NCBI GenBank assembly: GCA_951406725.2
Contig: OX597822.1
Coordinates: forward strand, 32,302,001-32,366,000
DNA: 64,000 bases
Source: Octopus vulgaris
Taxonomy: Eukaryota
Reading direction: 5' to 3'
The translations under genes were made by a program, and so were the position numbers. Under the pieces are notes generated by a model, which worked only from the letters and a program-made list of their open reading frames with translations, was not told the DNA's origin and searched no databases. This document shows, in pieces, positions 28,900 through 43,504 of this stretch; positions within the stretch are counted from its first letter, which is position 1, and each line of letters opens with the position of its first letter.

Positions 28900-30420
28900 T
28901 ATCATGCCGATGCGAAAGACTTGGGTAGAAAAATAAAAGCGAAGGATGGAGACAGTGGTGGCTACTTAAATCCTAACTGGGAAAGAAGGAAATAGCTCAA
29001 CGGTATTTGAAATGTTGATATTGGAAAAGTTCAAAAGCATTAAAGAGAGCTGTGGAACATAGAAAATGTTGAAAAGAAACATTGATCCACAGAGACTAAA
29101 ATGTTTTCTATTCAACACATAATAGAATATGAAACCTGGTAGAGAGACTGTGATATGTACAAAAAAAAATTGGAATAGATGCTGAAAAAACCTATGGTTG
29201 GCGATAAGGTGTTTGTATCTCAAAAAGAGGAATAACGTGTGTGGTTTACGTAAAATCAACAGGTAGTAGCTTGATCAAGTTTTAGGAACTTTTAACCAAA
29301 ATGAGGTGGCTTGTTTCTGCCAAAGAATCTTGGGGTTATAATATGTTGGTAAGTAATGCGTTTATATCTCAAAGTGATCAAGTGTAATTTGGTTCAACTA
29401 GGAGCATCATGCGTATTACATTATGACACTAATGTTTCAATGCATACATAGACACCTACGTGCCTATGAACTTCCATACATACATACATACTGGATATGT
29501 CCACACAACCTGTGATATACAAAGGCTCTACAAAAGAAGGCATAAAGGAGGTAGAGGCTTGGGAAGAATGAAAACAGGCTTTGCCGTACAGTCTCTCTCT
29601 ATACACCAGCAGTAAGAACAAATACATTAAATTAGGGCTGAAAAGTGAAGCGAGCAATATCCTACTCGTCTGCAGCAAGTTTCTCGGGAAGTATTTTCCT
29701 CATGATGATCTCCCATACCTATTTCGACAATAAAGAAATAGGTATGGGAGATCATCATGAGGAAAATACTTCCCGAGAAACTTGCTGCAGACGAGTAGGA
29801 TATTGCTCGCTTCACTTTTCAGCCCTAATTTAATGTATTTGTTCTTACTGCTGGTGTATAGAGAGAGACTGTACGGCAAAGCCTGTTTTCATTCTTCCCA
29901 AGCCTCTACCTCCTTTATGCCTTCTTTTGTCTTTTCGTCGCTACATCTCAAGTAATAGTTCCGCCACAAAACAGTCGGAGTAATATACCTCAAAGAAGAC
30001 CTGAATATGAAACGCTCAACATGGCAAAATGAAAAAAAAAAGAAAAGGAAACCTTGCATATGTATGTTTCCCAAGACTTGAAAAGAGAGTTACGATGAAC
30101 ACAGAATACGAATGAAGGTTTGCTTATGAGTGATTTTAAATTAGGTACAATGGCTGCATATTTAAGTGAGAGGGAACGTCGATCAGTAAAATTAACCCTT
30201 GTGTTATAGTGGAGACCGGATTTATTGGTTACGGGAAGATGTAAAGCAAATTTCCTCTTAGAGTGTTTTGAACACACAGTGTGAAGAACCTGAAGAAATT
30301 ACACAAATCGCTTTGTTCGAATGTCTGATACTTATATCGTAATTATGGAGACATCTCATAAAGAATCTACTTCAAAACTTTTATCTGTTTGAAAACAGAC
30401 TCCAAAATATGCGTCAATTT
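28900..30420 (+). mobile_element. Old degraded R4/Dong-like LINE containing a perfect palindrome
   Basis: From about 29493 it reads GYVHTTCDIQRLYKRRHKGGRGL, compared with MHHPKSDIERLYIQRIEGGRGL in the 44.4 kb copy; weak similarity continues beyond 29930. Confidence 0.55.
29530..29930. repeat. Perfect inverted repeat: 196 bp arms (29530-29725, 29735-29930), 9 nt loop
   Basis: Base-by-base reverse complement shows no mismatch; loop GACAATAAA; mirror-image ORFs 29627-29815(-) and 29645-29833(+). Confidence 0.97.
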
Positions 30421-31261
30421 GAAACTGTAATGGTTGTGTGGAACAGAAGGATGTAGACGACGCGTGTGCAAAGAGATAATTTTGTAATATATCAAACGGG
30501 TTTTAAGTTTCAGATTTATCCAAAAATCCATTATTTCTCTCCGTAGGCAACTTAGCGTTTCGGAAACATTTCAGAAATTCACATCTCATCCAATTACATT
30601 CTGAAAGTTATTTTTAGTATTTTATCCCATCCAAGCAAAGAATTACGATTAAATATCGACAAATGTGAAAATTAAGTTATAGAATGTATTTGATCTTAAA
30701 ATAGCAATTGTTCATTTACTGAAATTTAACTCGGTTTGCCACAAATACGGATGGAAGCTACGTAATTATCAAACATGGTAATATCTTAATATCCATAATG
30801 AAATATCTGAAACAATGAAGATGAGCACATGGAAATTTCCATTAGCTCTATGTTAAAATCAAAGAATTTTCTACAAATATATTTCAAACGCATTTATTAA
30901 CGATTTTGAAATTTTCAATTAAATCTAATCATTTTCTCAGGTTTAGATTTAGCGTCGTAACATGTAAAAGCAGTTATGTGAAATTCTAATTGAATGTTTT
31001 TGAAAATAATAAAAACGTATTATCAATCTAAAAAAAAATATTTTAAGTAGACAGCACGTTAGAATATAATATATTTCTGTTTCATGTACATGTCATGTTT
31101 TCATCTCATCACTATTCTTTCGGCTTTCCAATCGCAGTAAGGCTAATTTAAATTGTTGTCTCTATGGGGTCAGGAAAGACAAATTTCAATTAAGCATAGT
31201 ACTCGATATATCTCACTGACTCGTGTCATTAGATTGTTGGTCACTACCGCCTATATTAAAC

Positions 31262-33755
<2,494 letters not shown>

Positions 33756-33756
33756 A

Positions 33757-33845
<89 letters not shown>

Positions 33846-33846
<1 letters not shown>

Positions 33847-34060
33847 GGCGGCGAGCTAGCAAAATCGTTAGCAGGCTGGACGAAATGTTTAGCGGTCTTT
33901 CGCCTGTCACTACGCTCAGTTCAAATTTCGTCGAGGTCGACTTCATCTTTCATCCTTTCGGGGTTGGTAAATTAAGTACTAGTTATGCATTGGAGTCGAT
34001 GTAATCGAGTTACCCACCCCTTCTAAATTTTAGGCCTTGTGCCTATAGTAGAAATGATTA
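33846..34060 (+). mobile_element. SINE family A
   Basis: GGCGGCGAGCTAGCA...GTTCAAATTTCG...TTTCATCCTTTCGGGG. Confidence 0.8.
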
Positions 34061-34159
34061 TTATTGTTTGTTTTTCTTTTTTTCTTTTGCAGTTTGTCCT
34101 GTTCTTAATCTTTTACTTTAATCGAAACAGCTAATGTCGAAAGGCACCTAGGTATGGAT

Positions 34160-34319
34160 CATTTCAAAGTCTGTTGTATTCCTATCTGATGTTCTTCTCT
34201 GGTTCATATTTAGTCCTACTGCGTTACAACTTGGGCAAATAAATCCTGCTATAGCCTCGGACAGACCAAAGCCTTCTGAATGGATTTGGTGCAGGGAAAC
34301 AGAGAGAAGCCCGTTGTGC

Positions 34320-34376
<57 letters not shown>

Positions 34377-34590
34377 CGTGTGTGTGTGTGTGTGTGTGTG
34401 TCTAGTTGTTTATGTTTGTCCTTCACTGTCATCATTTGACAGCTGATGTGGGCGCGATTACGTCCCTATAACGCAGTTGTTCGGCAACAAATACCGATAG
34501 AATAAAAACCAGGTTTACAAAGAATAAGTCCTGGGGTTGATTTCTTCGACTACAAGGTCGCATTCAAATGATTGAAACAAGTAAAGGAAT
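34160..34590 (+). mobile_element. Diverged SINE family B
   Basis: CTTGGGCAA...CTATAGCCTCGG...CCAAAGCC, TA/TG tract, then GTTCGGCAA...AAAGAATAAGTCCTGGGG tail. Confidence 0.75.
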
Positions 34591-36099
34591 AATGTTGTGG
34601 TGAAATGCTAAATAGAGGCTGGTATGTGTAAACTCTCTCCCTGGTACCATAATGTGCTCAGTTCTCAGAGAGATAAACAAACGGGGCTGGGCGTAAGTGA
34701 GCGGCACTTAAATAAGCTATAAGAGACGAAAAGAAGTATGGGGTTCCGTGGAGTATGAACTTAGAAGTAAATGAGGAGAGAAATATCACACGGTATTCTA
34801 TTTGGCATTATTTCTAAGTACCCCTCCACCCCCACCCCAAGTTACTGCCTTGGTTGTAATTTGGGATCATATTAGATGTAATAGAAGGCTACTTCATACC
34901 AGTACTAAGGGCCCGCAGATGCGCTATATCGCTTTCGGCATAAAACCGATGTAATGGCAGCAACAGTAACTGTCTACATAATACGGAATATTTGCTTAAT
35001 AATACGGAATAAATACGCTCTGGATTCTACGTTTGACGGCCTTTTCTTTACTTTTCAGCTTTCTATTTTTAATAACTTATTAAGTGTTGGGGGTTCACTG
35101 AAATTTACAAATTTATTCTGAGAAAAGTGTGGTTTCCTAAGATTAAATTTGCAGCCATTAACAGCCAAACTGTAACTTTGAAATCTATCTTGTATTTCGG
35201 CTGCTACGTTAATATCGCTTTATGTTCCGAATTTACAAGATATTATATTTCAATGCGTAGATATAGGAGGTTGTGACGTTCTCCTCTTTCCCGAATTATT
35301 CCTTGTATAAGACACTTTAATTATTCTCTTGTTTATTACATTATTCTTTATTATATCATTATTGAACATTCGTGTTCTGCCTACATAGCTTTAACGACGT
35401 TCTTAATGTACCGGCCAATGACACTAATATCGAATAATTACACACATTATAGAGCATAGAATTAAGTAATATGCCATGAACGCAACCGTTGAGAATCTAA
35501 TATAATTAAAATTTCAATAAAATAAGAATTTTCTATTTACAGCCCAAATGCTGATATGAAATACTGTACTTAACATAATGGTAAGCATATTCAAATCTAC
35601 TGAGGAAATATGTAGCAGTTCGATCTATATCGAAATCAAATCATACGTCTTAAAAGTGAAGTGAAAATTCCATTAATACTTCTACTTTCCTTTTAGAAAC
35701 TGTATAATCGTTCCTCTGCAGAATGCCACCACGGCGACTACATTCAGTATATACGTGGGAGTATGTTATCATTAAACCGAAGTTTTAAAATGCTCTCTTT
35801 AATGCTCTATCTCTTTCTGTCTGTCTCTCTCTCACGCTTTCTCACTCTCACTTTCCCTTCCTTCACATCTATCTCTTTCTCTTTCTCGCTATGGGTATAT
35901 ATATATGTATATATATATATATACACACACATATACAGTGAGTATATGTCTGTTAGTGTATATATATATATATATGTATGAAACAAACAAAAGAATGGGA
36001 GTAAGTATGTATGTATATATATATACATATACATACATATATACATACATAATACATACATACATACATATATATGTATGTATATATTTTAAAAATAAA

Positions 36100-36940
36100 A
36101 GAGAAAATCAATTAATTAATAATTAATAATTTTACAAGCACTCCCCGGAGAGAAGGCGGGAGAGGTATGCAGTAATATACATCTGGAAGATTCTGGAAGG
36201 AATTGTGCCAAATTTTGGCATTGAAACTACACCACTGCATATTGCCAAAGATCCCAGTAACGCCATCGCGCTTCAGGACCAGGTACTGCAACAACCTGTG
36301 TTTCAAGGGCCCACAGCTTTTCAATATTCTCCCAAAGAGCCTGAGGAAACTGCACAAAGTAGATGTAGGCGTTTTTAAATCAAAGCTGGACCTCTTCCTG
36401 CCGAGAGTCCCAGATGAACCTACATCACGTGAAGAGGTGCAAATGATGGTTGCTATATCAAACTACATTCGTCACCAGGTGCCACTTACTTATAGGAGGT
36501 TCTAAGTAATAACAGTGTTGCAAAACAGCGGTGCATCAGCATGGCCGCAGTTCTGAGTAGAAACTACACAAAAGAAAGTAGATCGCTACGTTAAAATAAC
36601 CTTTTACGGTAAAATTATACAAATATTCTATAACAATAAACATCATTATAATTAGCCGACCCCTAATCATAATTATGTTTATAATTATTTAATTAATGAA
36701 TCGATTAATTGATAATTAATAATTTTACCAAGTAGATTGTTACGTGAAAATAACCTTTTTAGGTAAAAGTATACAAATATTCTATAATTATAAATATAAT
36801 TATAATTAGGGGCTACCTAATTGCTTCGCCACGCACCGAAAAAAAACTGGAATTGTAGCTCCTATTTCTAAATTCGGTGCGTGGCGAAGCAATTAGCTGC
36901 CCTCCAATTATAATTATGTTTATAATTATAGAATATTTGT
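36100..36940 (-). mobile_element. Two tandem ends of the 55.8-56.6 kb repeat family, each ending in a foldback; the first is interrupted by a CR1 fragment
   Basis: AATTAATAATTTTAC.AAG...GGTAAA.TTATACAAA.ATT.TATAA shared with 56320-56450; hairpins at 36636-36682 and 36773-36940. Confidence 0.7.
36143..36575 (+). mobile_element. CR1-type LINE 3' fragment
   Basis: Highly similar to 9194-9640, including the GCGGTGCATCAGCATGGCC tail. Confidence 0.88.
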
Positions 36941-36949
36941 GTGTGTACG

Positions 36950-37036
<87 letters not shown>

Positions 37037-37039
<3 letters not shown>

Positions 37040-37221
37040 GTGAGATTTCACGAAAAACACAAAAGACGAAGACAGGTGGTGTAGAAAACAAACAGATGTA
37101 TTAGTATAACGCTCGGGAATTGAAAAGAAAATTCTATGTCTCGAGCCTACGCGCTTCCACAGAAAGGAACACAGAAAGAAACAATGAGAGAAAAAGATGT
37201 GTGTAGTGGCTAACTGTCTAT

Positions 37222-37222
<1 letters not shown>
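37037..37222 (-). mobile_element. ~200 bp hammerhead-bearing repeat, copy 3 (degenerate)
   Basis: Minus strand CTTT-CTGTGGA-A-GCGC-GTAG-GCTC-GAGACAT; between (TA)n and (CA)n. Confidence 0.7.
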
Positions 37223-37295
<73 letters not shown>

Positions 37296-37324
37296 TAGAT
37301 AGATAGATAGATATAGATATATAG

Positions 37325-37386
<62 letters not shown>

Positions 37387-37503
37387 ATAGATAGATGCAA
37401 TTTATACCTAGACATCTGTATATATACATATATATATCTATATATATATATATGTATACATATATGTGTGCATGCCTATATCTCTCTTCTATCTATCTAT
37501 CTA

Positions 37504-37604
<101 letters not shown>

Positions 37605-37636
37605 CATCCTATATCTCTCATCTATCTCTATCTATA

Positions 37637-37723
<87 letters not shown>

Positions 37724-38284
37724 ATATATATACTTATATACTTATATACATGTGTGTGTGTGCGCGCGTGTGTGTATGGTATGCAATATGCAGCGTAAAT
37801 CAGAGCAGCCCTAAGTCCTGCCACTAATGCACTTGTCAGTCCCCGAAATTTCTGGTTTCGTGGTGAGAGCAGAAATCTCATGCAAGTCCTACATTGAGTC
37901 CTATCAAGAAACAAACATCATTAAATTTCCTATATGGACACCCAAACGCGCTACCTGAAACTGTGGATGATAATCAAGCGAATTTGTTTCTCGTTTACTT
38001 AGACCCACGCAGTTGGCTTTGCTTGTGCTAGTGCTCGAGCTGTTATTTTTATATGGCAGAGACTATCTGGTCTCCGAGTCACGCAAGTTGTCCGTGAACA
38101 TTACTCTAGAAGTCCTTCAGGGTTAACCGTAGCGTTCTTCTTTTCTTTTTTTATCACCTTCTGTTTTGACGATAGATTGTTGTGACTGGTGTATTATGCA
38201 CCAGTATCTGCTATTCTAACATCCGATTCATGTTCATACCTCTCGTCACTCGTGAATTCCGCACCGAGATACTTTAATACACTC

Positions 38285-38470
38285 TTATTTGTGTCTGTCA
38301 TTTTGACTGCGGCCATACTGGATCAACGCCTTAAACGGTTTTAGCCTAAGAAACTGACCCCAGGACATATTCTTTCTAAGCCTAGTACTTATTCTATCGG
38401 CATCTTTTGCAGATGTGAACATACCAGCACCGCTTTTCAAGCGGTGGAGAAGTAACAAACACAGATTCAA
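38285..38470 (-). mobile_element. SINE family B 3' half
   Basis: Reverse-complement tail TTTGACTGCGGCCAT...TAGTACTTATTCTATCGG. Confidence 0.7.
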
Positions 38471-38504
<34 letters not shown>

Positions 38505-39084
38505 TGTGTGTGTATGTATATAAATTTCTATATGAATATGTATAAGATTGTTATTTTGAATAACGATCAAATCTAGTGGCTGCATGGGAAGAAAAACCTT
38601 ATAGGTTATAAATATTATTAAAATATAATTTTAATAAGGATATCTAAGAGATACCACCATGCTTGAAATAGTAGCCAACACCTGACTTTGAAATCCACGT
38701 CAAGTTTTCAATAAAGCACAAGCTGGCGTGAGAAATAGATAAATAAACTAGTAACAATTCGATAATTCCAGAACCTGGTTTTCTGGCTTAGTATAAAAAT
38801 ACTTCACCTTCGTCAATGAAATATACCAAGCATTTTACATAATTACACATATATATATATATATATATTCACAAACATACGAATACTCACTTATATACTT
38901 ATATATATACAACGACCAGTTCAGTTATCCATCCAGACACCATGTGCTGTATGGTCAAAAGACCACCGCAGTGAATATAATGCTGAAGTGAATATATATA
39001 AATCTCTATGTAATTAAGAATAAAATCGTTATCCTAAATAACGATCAAATCAAGGGGCAGCAACATGATAAGAAAAAAACATAC

Positions 39085-39243
39085 AACGGGCTTTCGGTTT
39101 CTGTCTACCAATTCAGCTCAAAACGTTTTGGTCGGCTTGGGGCTATAGTAGAAGACACTTGACCTAGGTACCATGCAGTTGGACTGAACCCAGAACAATG
39201 TGGTTGGGAAGCAAGCTTCTTACCACACAGCCACGACTGCGCC
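39085..39243 (-). mobile_element. SINE family B 5' half
   Basis: CTTACCACACAGCCACGACTGCGCC is the reverse complement of the head. Confidence 0.8.
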
Positions 39244-39588
39244 TAATAACTGACATAAATAACAAATTTAGATGAGATTCACTGTGAATGAAATAAGATT
39301 AATAATATAAACGTAATATTTCAGTACCAATGATGAGCAAAAATAAAGTAGTTGGGAGTCTGTTGATTTAAGATTTGTTGACTGCTCCTCAGAGATGATG
39401 TATGTAACAAACTGTTTATCATATATTTTGCAAATGGCACTCCCAGTAACAAATAAAACTACCAGCGATACTTTTAAGACATATTAAGCTTGTAAAAAGA
39501 AATTTATAATCTTCTTAAATGTATTCAATGAACTTCGTCTTACACTTTGAATAGTTTCATTTATATAAATGAAAACAAACATTGATAT

Positions 39589-39636
<48 letters not shown>

Positions 39637-39646
39637 TGTGTGTGTG

Positions 39647-39682
<36 letters not shown>

Positions 39683-39699
39683 GTATATATATATTACAC

Positions 39700-40765
39700 T
39701 TTTACTCTTTTACTGGTTTCGGCCATGCGGCTGCGGACATGCTAGGGCACCACCGTGGTTTTTCTAATCCCTTGAATCTGGGGTGTTTCACGTCACCACT
39801 CTTGTATGTGCATTTGTCACAGCTGTTGGTACATCTGGTGCATAAGGGAGTTTGATTCCGATCTCCTCGTCTGCACCTCATATCGGTTTCTTGGTTCATC
39901 CCATATTATGGAGAGGAGGACGTCTAATTCATTTTTGAAGACATCTACATCCAACTTACACAGAATTTCTAATTTTTGTGGCAGGGCATTGAAGATCTGT
40001 GGGTTTTTGAGTCCCAAGATTATTGCAGTGCGTGGTTCTAAATTTAGATGGAGTGGATAGTACTATAAATTGGCATCCACTTCTGACATCTGTATAAAAT
40101 TCCGAAATTAGGTTCTAGCTCTTGTAGAGTTTTCCATATGTAGATTATTACATAGCTGTTGTGCCTTTGCTCCAGGGATGAAAGTTGCAGTTTTCTCAGC
40201 CTATCCCTGTAGCTTATCCGCTGCACTGTTTCAATTTTTTTTAATGTAGTGGCGTTGGACTGCTTCAAGTACTGCTGTTAGTTTGGCACTATGTGGTGAA
40301 CATAACTGGGAGAAGTAGTCCAGGCGCCCGAGAACAAAGGTTCTCCACAGGGTCGAAATAGTTTTTTGGTCTCTTGTCTTGAAGGACCTCAGTATCCATG
40401 CTGCAGTCGACTACACTTTTCTGCCATCTTTTCGATGAGCATATAAAATGATGTGTCATTGCACATACTGGTCTCCAAGTCTTTCACTGCCTATGACTCT
40501 GGGATAATAGTGCCTTCATGTCCTGTATATGCAAGCTCTAGAGCATTCTTGGATTAGTAGCGCAGTGCTTGAAATATTCCTGCATTAGACTGCAAGTTGT
40601 TTATTTCGGCCCCTCTTGTAAAGCGAATTCAGATCCCGCTCTAAATTTGCGACGTCATCTTGATTTTTATTGCCTTTGATAATTTTGTATCATCAGCATA
40701 GCTAGTGACTGACCGAGTGAGCGTGGGCATGTCTAAGGAGGCTATTATGAACAGTAAGTGCTGTA
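39700..40765 (-). mobile_element. Older CR1-type LINE 3' portion
   Basis: Minus strand YADDTKL, WRTFVLGRLDYFSQL, SYRDRLRKLQLSSLEQR, PQIFNALP..L..LCKLDVDVFKNELD; same type of tail. Confidence 0.85.
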
Positions 40766-41454
40766 TATGTGCTTTTCTTTCATATCAATGGAATAAGTGC
40801 GATACAATTTTCATTATTCGTAGTCACTACACTTAGCGGATATTCATTTATACACTTCTCTGATTTAGAAGCGGAACAAGCATTTGATGACCATTGCTCT
40901 TGCATAATGAGGAAAGTGAAGCTGTATTTTGTTATTTGTGTTTATTTGTAGCGAAAGTTTTATTTCTATGGCGGAGAGCCTAATATTGGGAAGTTTTGTA
41001 TGTGTTACCTATTGTGACTTAGGTACTCTAGTGGATGGAATTAGCCATAAACATGATACTTTTTAAGGTATTGTACTGTAGCTCTTGGATATTGTCCATC
41101 TGAAATGGAGTTTTCGTCAAGTGTTATGTTGTCTACACATCGGTGGTTCATAATTAAGCTGGAGTATTTGTCTTTCAAATATGAAGAAGCTCGCTCTCTT
41201 AACTGTTACATGAATATTTTGTAGATGAATATAATTTATAGCCTTTTAGAGCAGGTTTTTATATGGTTATCAATGGAATAACCTTGTAAATCCTTGAAGT
41301 AAAGCAATATTTATTAGAAAATAGTAACATTCAACTGATCCAATACTTGGTTGTATGTGATAAAGATCCTAGTTTTCTATATGGAATATGTTGTTAATGT
41401 GAACTGGCACCCGAATAGATATTGTTGATAGATATATTTTATTAAAGACAAAAT

Positions 41455-41853
41455 GGTGGCTGTGTGGTAAGCAGCTTGCTTACAAACCATATGGTTCCCG
41501 GTTCAGTCCCACTGCGTGGCACCTTGGGCAAATGTTCTCTACTATAGCCTCGGGCCAACCAAAGCCTTGTGAGTGGATTTGGTTGAAGGAAACTGAAAGA
41601 AGCACATCGTATATATGTATATGTATATATATGTGTGTGTGTGTTTGTGTGTCCGTGTTTGTCCCCCAATATCACTTGAGAACCGATACTGGTGCGTTTA
41701 CATTCCCGTAACTTAGCAGTTTGCAAAAGAGACCGATAGAATAAGTACTAAGCTTATAAGGAATAAGTCCTGGGGTCTATTTGCTCGGCTAAAGGCGGGG
41801 CTCCAGCATGGCCGCTGTCAAATGACTGAAACATGTTAAAGTCTAAAAGAGAG
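41455..41853 (+). mobile_element. SINE family B, full length
   Basis: Colinear with 4031-4446. Confidence 0.88.
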
Positions 41854-42644
41854 TAGTAATTTAAAACATACGGAAAACCCGGCAGGAAAAGTGTTTTAAT
41901 ATCATCAGACACACAGATGTCATACAAGTTGCGAAAAATAAGATGAGTTTACTGTATTCATGTTTGAAATAATCACATTTCTTGGCTGATATCAATTTTA
42001 TCGAGTTAACATTTATACGATAATCTCTTTAAGTAGTTCAGTGATTTATTAGGTTTATAATTGTGTCTAGCGTTCCAAATATGAAGTGAATAAGAAAAAA
42101 ATCCTACTTTTGTTTGACCGCCAGATTATCAGCGACTGCTTACAAATCTAGTGAATTGTGCCACTTAGAATAGAGCTATACACACAGTCTTAAAATATAT
42201 GGTGTGGATGTGAGGATTTGACAGAAACTTAAGTTCACACTTCGTACAAAAGAAGTGTAATAATTTGGTCATTTTGATATTGTAGACACGTAAGAGCTTG
42301 TGTATTTAAATTGACAAGCAGTTCCTGTAGAAAACCTGGTGATGTTTTGAGTACCATAGCGTTCGTTGAACTTTATAGTTTACGGCAAATTAAATGAAAT
42401 TATATTAAAGTTAGTGATTTTTTTCTCAAGCATTTGAGTTTAGAAATGGCGCAATATCTACACCGAAGAAGATGTGTCATTGTCTTGAATCTGCACTTAG
42501 TGAATAAAATATCTCTAATCCTTCAATTCTTGTAGTAGTTTTATTGTTATTTCTAATGTATACGTAAATTTCTCTTTAAATCTTTTCCTCGTTTCCGTCA
42601 TTTCAAATGTGATTAAGCTGGAATACTGGCCTGAAGATTTGATG

Positions 42645-42681
<37 letters not shown>

Positions 42682-42858
42682 CGCGCGCGTTTCTAACTGT
42701 GTGTACATGTGTGGGTGTATATACATGTACATACATATATATATATGCATATATATATATATATATATGTATGTATATATATATATATATACACATACAT
42801 ATATATATATATACATATATATACACATACATATATATATATACATATATATATATAT

Positions 42859-42921
<63 letters not shown>

Positions 42922-43070
42922 GTGGCTGTGTGGTAACGAGCATGCTTCACAACCAAATGTTTCCACATTCACTCCCACTACGTGGCAACTTCAAATGTCT
43001 TATATTATAGCGTCAGTCCGACCGAAGACTTGAAAGTAGATTTGATGGACGGAAGCAGGTAGGGCCCCGT

Positions 43071-43117
<47 letters not shown>

Positions 43118-43179
43118 TCATATATGTATGCATATATACACATATAATGCATAAGTACATGTATATGTATATCTAAATC

Positions 43180-43241
<62 letters not shown>

Positions 43242-43294
43242 CGTATATGTAAATATATATATATATTCCAGGCAATGAACTGAATCATGATGAT

Positions 43295-43344
<50 letters not shown>

Positions 43345-43504
43345 GATATCGCAAAGGCTGAACAAGCGATATCGTAAAGGCTGAACAAGCGATATTGCAA
43401 AGGCTGAACAAGCGATATCGCAAAGGCTGAATAAGATATAGCAAAGGGTGAACAAGTAAGATATCGCAAAGGCTGAACTAATATATCGCAAAGGCTGAAC
43501 AAGC
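43345..43504 (+). repeat. Seven ~23 bp tandem units (GATATCGCAAAGGCTGAACAAGC) at the LINE 5' junction
   Basis: Units start near 43345, 43368, 43391, 43414, 43435, 43460 and 43482; the last reads in frame into the LINE (ISQRLNKHLDENKLFP). Confidence 0.92.

Noticed and set aside
29627-29833. Pair of nearly identical antiparallel 62 aa ORFs
   Set aside because: A trivial consequence of the palindrome.
43345-43504. CRISPR-like repeat array
   Set aside because: No unique spacers, eukaryotic context, and the unit is the LINE's own 5' sequence.
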